64,000 nt of DNA from Candidatus Latescibacterota bacterium (GTDB lineage Bacteria > Latescibacterota > UBA2968 > UBA8231): contig CBDCDC010000002.1 of NCBI GenBank assembly GCA_965215195.1, positions 2,944,001 through 3,008,000 on the forward strand, written 5' to 3'. Position 1 is the stretch's first letter. The number at the start of each line of letters is the position of its first letter. The notes under the pieces are model-generated. The model saw nothing but the letters and a program-made list of their open reading frames with translations. It did no database searches and had not been told where the DNA came from. Shown here one piece after another: positions 62,675 through 64,000 of the stretch. The position numbers and the translations under genes are program-made.

Positions 62675-63563
62675 TAACCAATGGTGCTAGTGGGCTACAA
62701 GCTAAATTCCGCGATGGACAACGGGACGAATCCATTTTCATCCGGTTGCAATCCATGCCACTGTGCCAGCAGGTTAAAGGCGGCCATGGCCGCGCTCAGA
62801 TGCGCTCTAAAGTAGGCCCAAGCTCGATGGGTCTGTCGCTTGAACCGGCCGATGCGGGTCAGCATCGAAAAGACGGTCTCGATGACCATCCGGTCGCCCC
62901 AGGTTTTGCGGGGACACACTTTCAGATTAGCCGGATCACCTTCTTTGGCATGAAAGCCTTGGTCGCTGAGGAGGATCATCTGCTCTTCGTAGCGACCAAT
63001 CATCGGGTGAAAGACCGAATCGTGGACATTGGCCGTGTTACAATCCCAATCGACGATCAAGCCCCACTGGTTGACGATCAAGCCCAGCTTGCCGCCGACG
63101 ATCCAGCGGTGATTGGACAACCCTTTCTGGCCGATAGGGTGAGCGGAGCGGCCTTCGCGTACTGGATGGATCAACTCGATGCCATAGCTATCGATCACGC
63201 CTAAGGGGGTGGGGTCCGCTCGAAAGCGATCGGTCCAGTCCGCATGGGCGACAAACAGGCGGAACAAGCGGGTGCGTTCGGGCAGGCGCGGGAAAAAGGC
63301 GCGCCAATCGCGCGCTACCCAGCGATAAAACGCCCGTTTGCCGTCCCCTTTGAGCGCATATAGAACCGCCAGGGTCACCGTTTCGCTGGGATATAAGGCG
63401 GCTTGGGGGTGTTTGGGCACATCGCCCATCTGGTGGTCGATTCGACAGAACAGGGCTATTATAAACTCGGCCGTGGTCATGGGACGCTCCTTCGCTGAAA
63501 GGGGGGATACCCTCAGCGTAGGAACTACCTTGACCACGGTCAACTCACTAGCACCATTGGTTA
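62675..63563 (-). mobile_element. Intact IS982-like insertion sequence (~0.89 kb)
   Basis: Perfect TIR TAACCAATGGTGCTAGTG / CACTAGCACCATTGGTTA with a CTAC duplication. Alternative parse: 16-bp TIR starting at ACC with a TACTA duplication. Confidence 0.9.
62695..63480 (-). CDS. DDE transposase, IS982-like
   Basis: GVIDSYGI (D1), LSDQGF (D2), RMVIETVFSML (E). AAGGAG RBS before the ATG at 63480. Confidence 0.88.
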   Translation of the reverse strand: MTTAEFIIALFCRIDHQMGDVPKHPQAALYPSETVTLAVLYALKGDGKRAFYRWVARDWRAFFPRLPERTRLFRLFVAHADWTDRFRADPTPLGVIDSYGIELIHPVREGRSAHPIGQKGLSNHRWIVGGKLGLIVNQWGLIVDWDCNTANVHDSVFHPMIGRYEEQMILLSDQGFHAKEGDPANLKVCPRKTWGDRMVIETVFSMLTRIGRFKRQTHRAWAYFRAHLSAAMAAFNLLAQWHGLQPDENGFVPLSIAEFSL

Positions 63564-64000
63564 CTACAAGCGCTAGTGGGCGATTCCGAGGCGGCCAGTC
63601 AAGCGGCGGCCTATGCCCTTGGTCGCGCTGGCGAGCCAGCCGTGGGGCCGCTCATCGACTGTTTGCGCCAGGGATCAGAACACGTGCGACGCAACGCCGG
63701 CTACGGTTTGGCCGCGGCCGGTCCGGCCGCAGTTGAGGCGCTGGTGCAAGCCTGCGCTGACGACGATCCGGCCGTGCGGCTAGCGGCCGTCGACAGTTTG
63801 GGCGATATGGGTCGGGCGGGTGCCCCGGCGGTGCCGGCATTGCAGCGGGTGCTGAACGATGCGTCGGACAAAGTGCGGGGCCACGCGGCCGAAGCCTTGG
63901 GCACCATGGGCGCATTGCCCGCAGCGGTGCTGGAGGAACTGGCTGGGGTTTTGGGCGACGACGACGAATGGGTGCGGCGCAATGCGGCCTTGGGCTTGGC

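Larger units (their letters stand above)
61945..64000 (+). pseudogene. PhyH-HEAT-repeat fusion gene interrupted by an IS; runs off the window
   Basis: 5' part has LHKD, GPTGVVPGSH and HYDLWHR. Removing the IS and one target repeat restores the frame into HEAT repeats (VRRNAGYGL, VRLAAVDSLG, VRGHAAEALG, VRRNAALGL). Confidence 0.88.

Noticed and set aside
62675-63204. C-terminal ~175 aa of the 419-aa ORF 61945-63204 as a novel domain
   Set aside because: It is read-through into the antisense strand of the transposase.

Overview
A GC-rich, gene-dense bacterial window with no rRNA, tRNA or CRISPR array visible. The gene content resembles Latescibacterota/Poribacteria-type (FCB-related, often sponge-associated) genomes; this taxonomy is inference. 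It includes five CRTAC1/FG-GAP proteins, TPR lipoproteins, receptor-L-domain repeat proteins, five PhyH dioxygenases, a DUF6785-type transporter and C-terminal 'TWGxVK' motifs. Left end: a B12-dependent CarH-type photoregulator, plus a secreted fasciclin whose sigma70 promoter is overlaid by 11-bp-spaced TnnACA repeats. Then a TonB receptor, catabolic enzymes, a type II R-M pair and a TA pair. The central ~41 kb (12.1-53.2 kb) encodes almost only envelope or secreted proteins. Its core (24.4-37.2 kb) is the best candidate for an undescribed system: TPNGDGxND-tailed proteins flank two tandem ~930-950 aa paralogous, Ca-motif-rich putative outer-membrane proteins and a TWG-tailed protein, followed by a double-parvulin chaperone. 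Mobile DNA: three copies of a 132-136 bp MITE (one nested in a second MITE), an intact IS982-like element splitting a PhyH-HEAT gene, an older remnant of that IS, a 306-bp tandem gene duplication, and several TA-system remnants.
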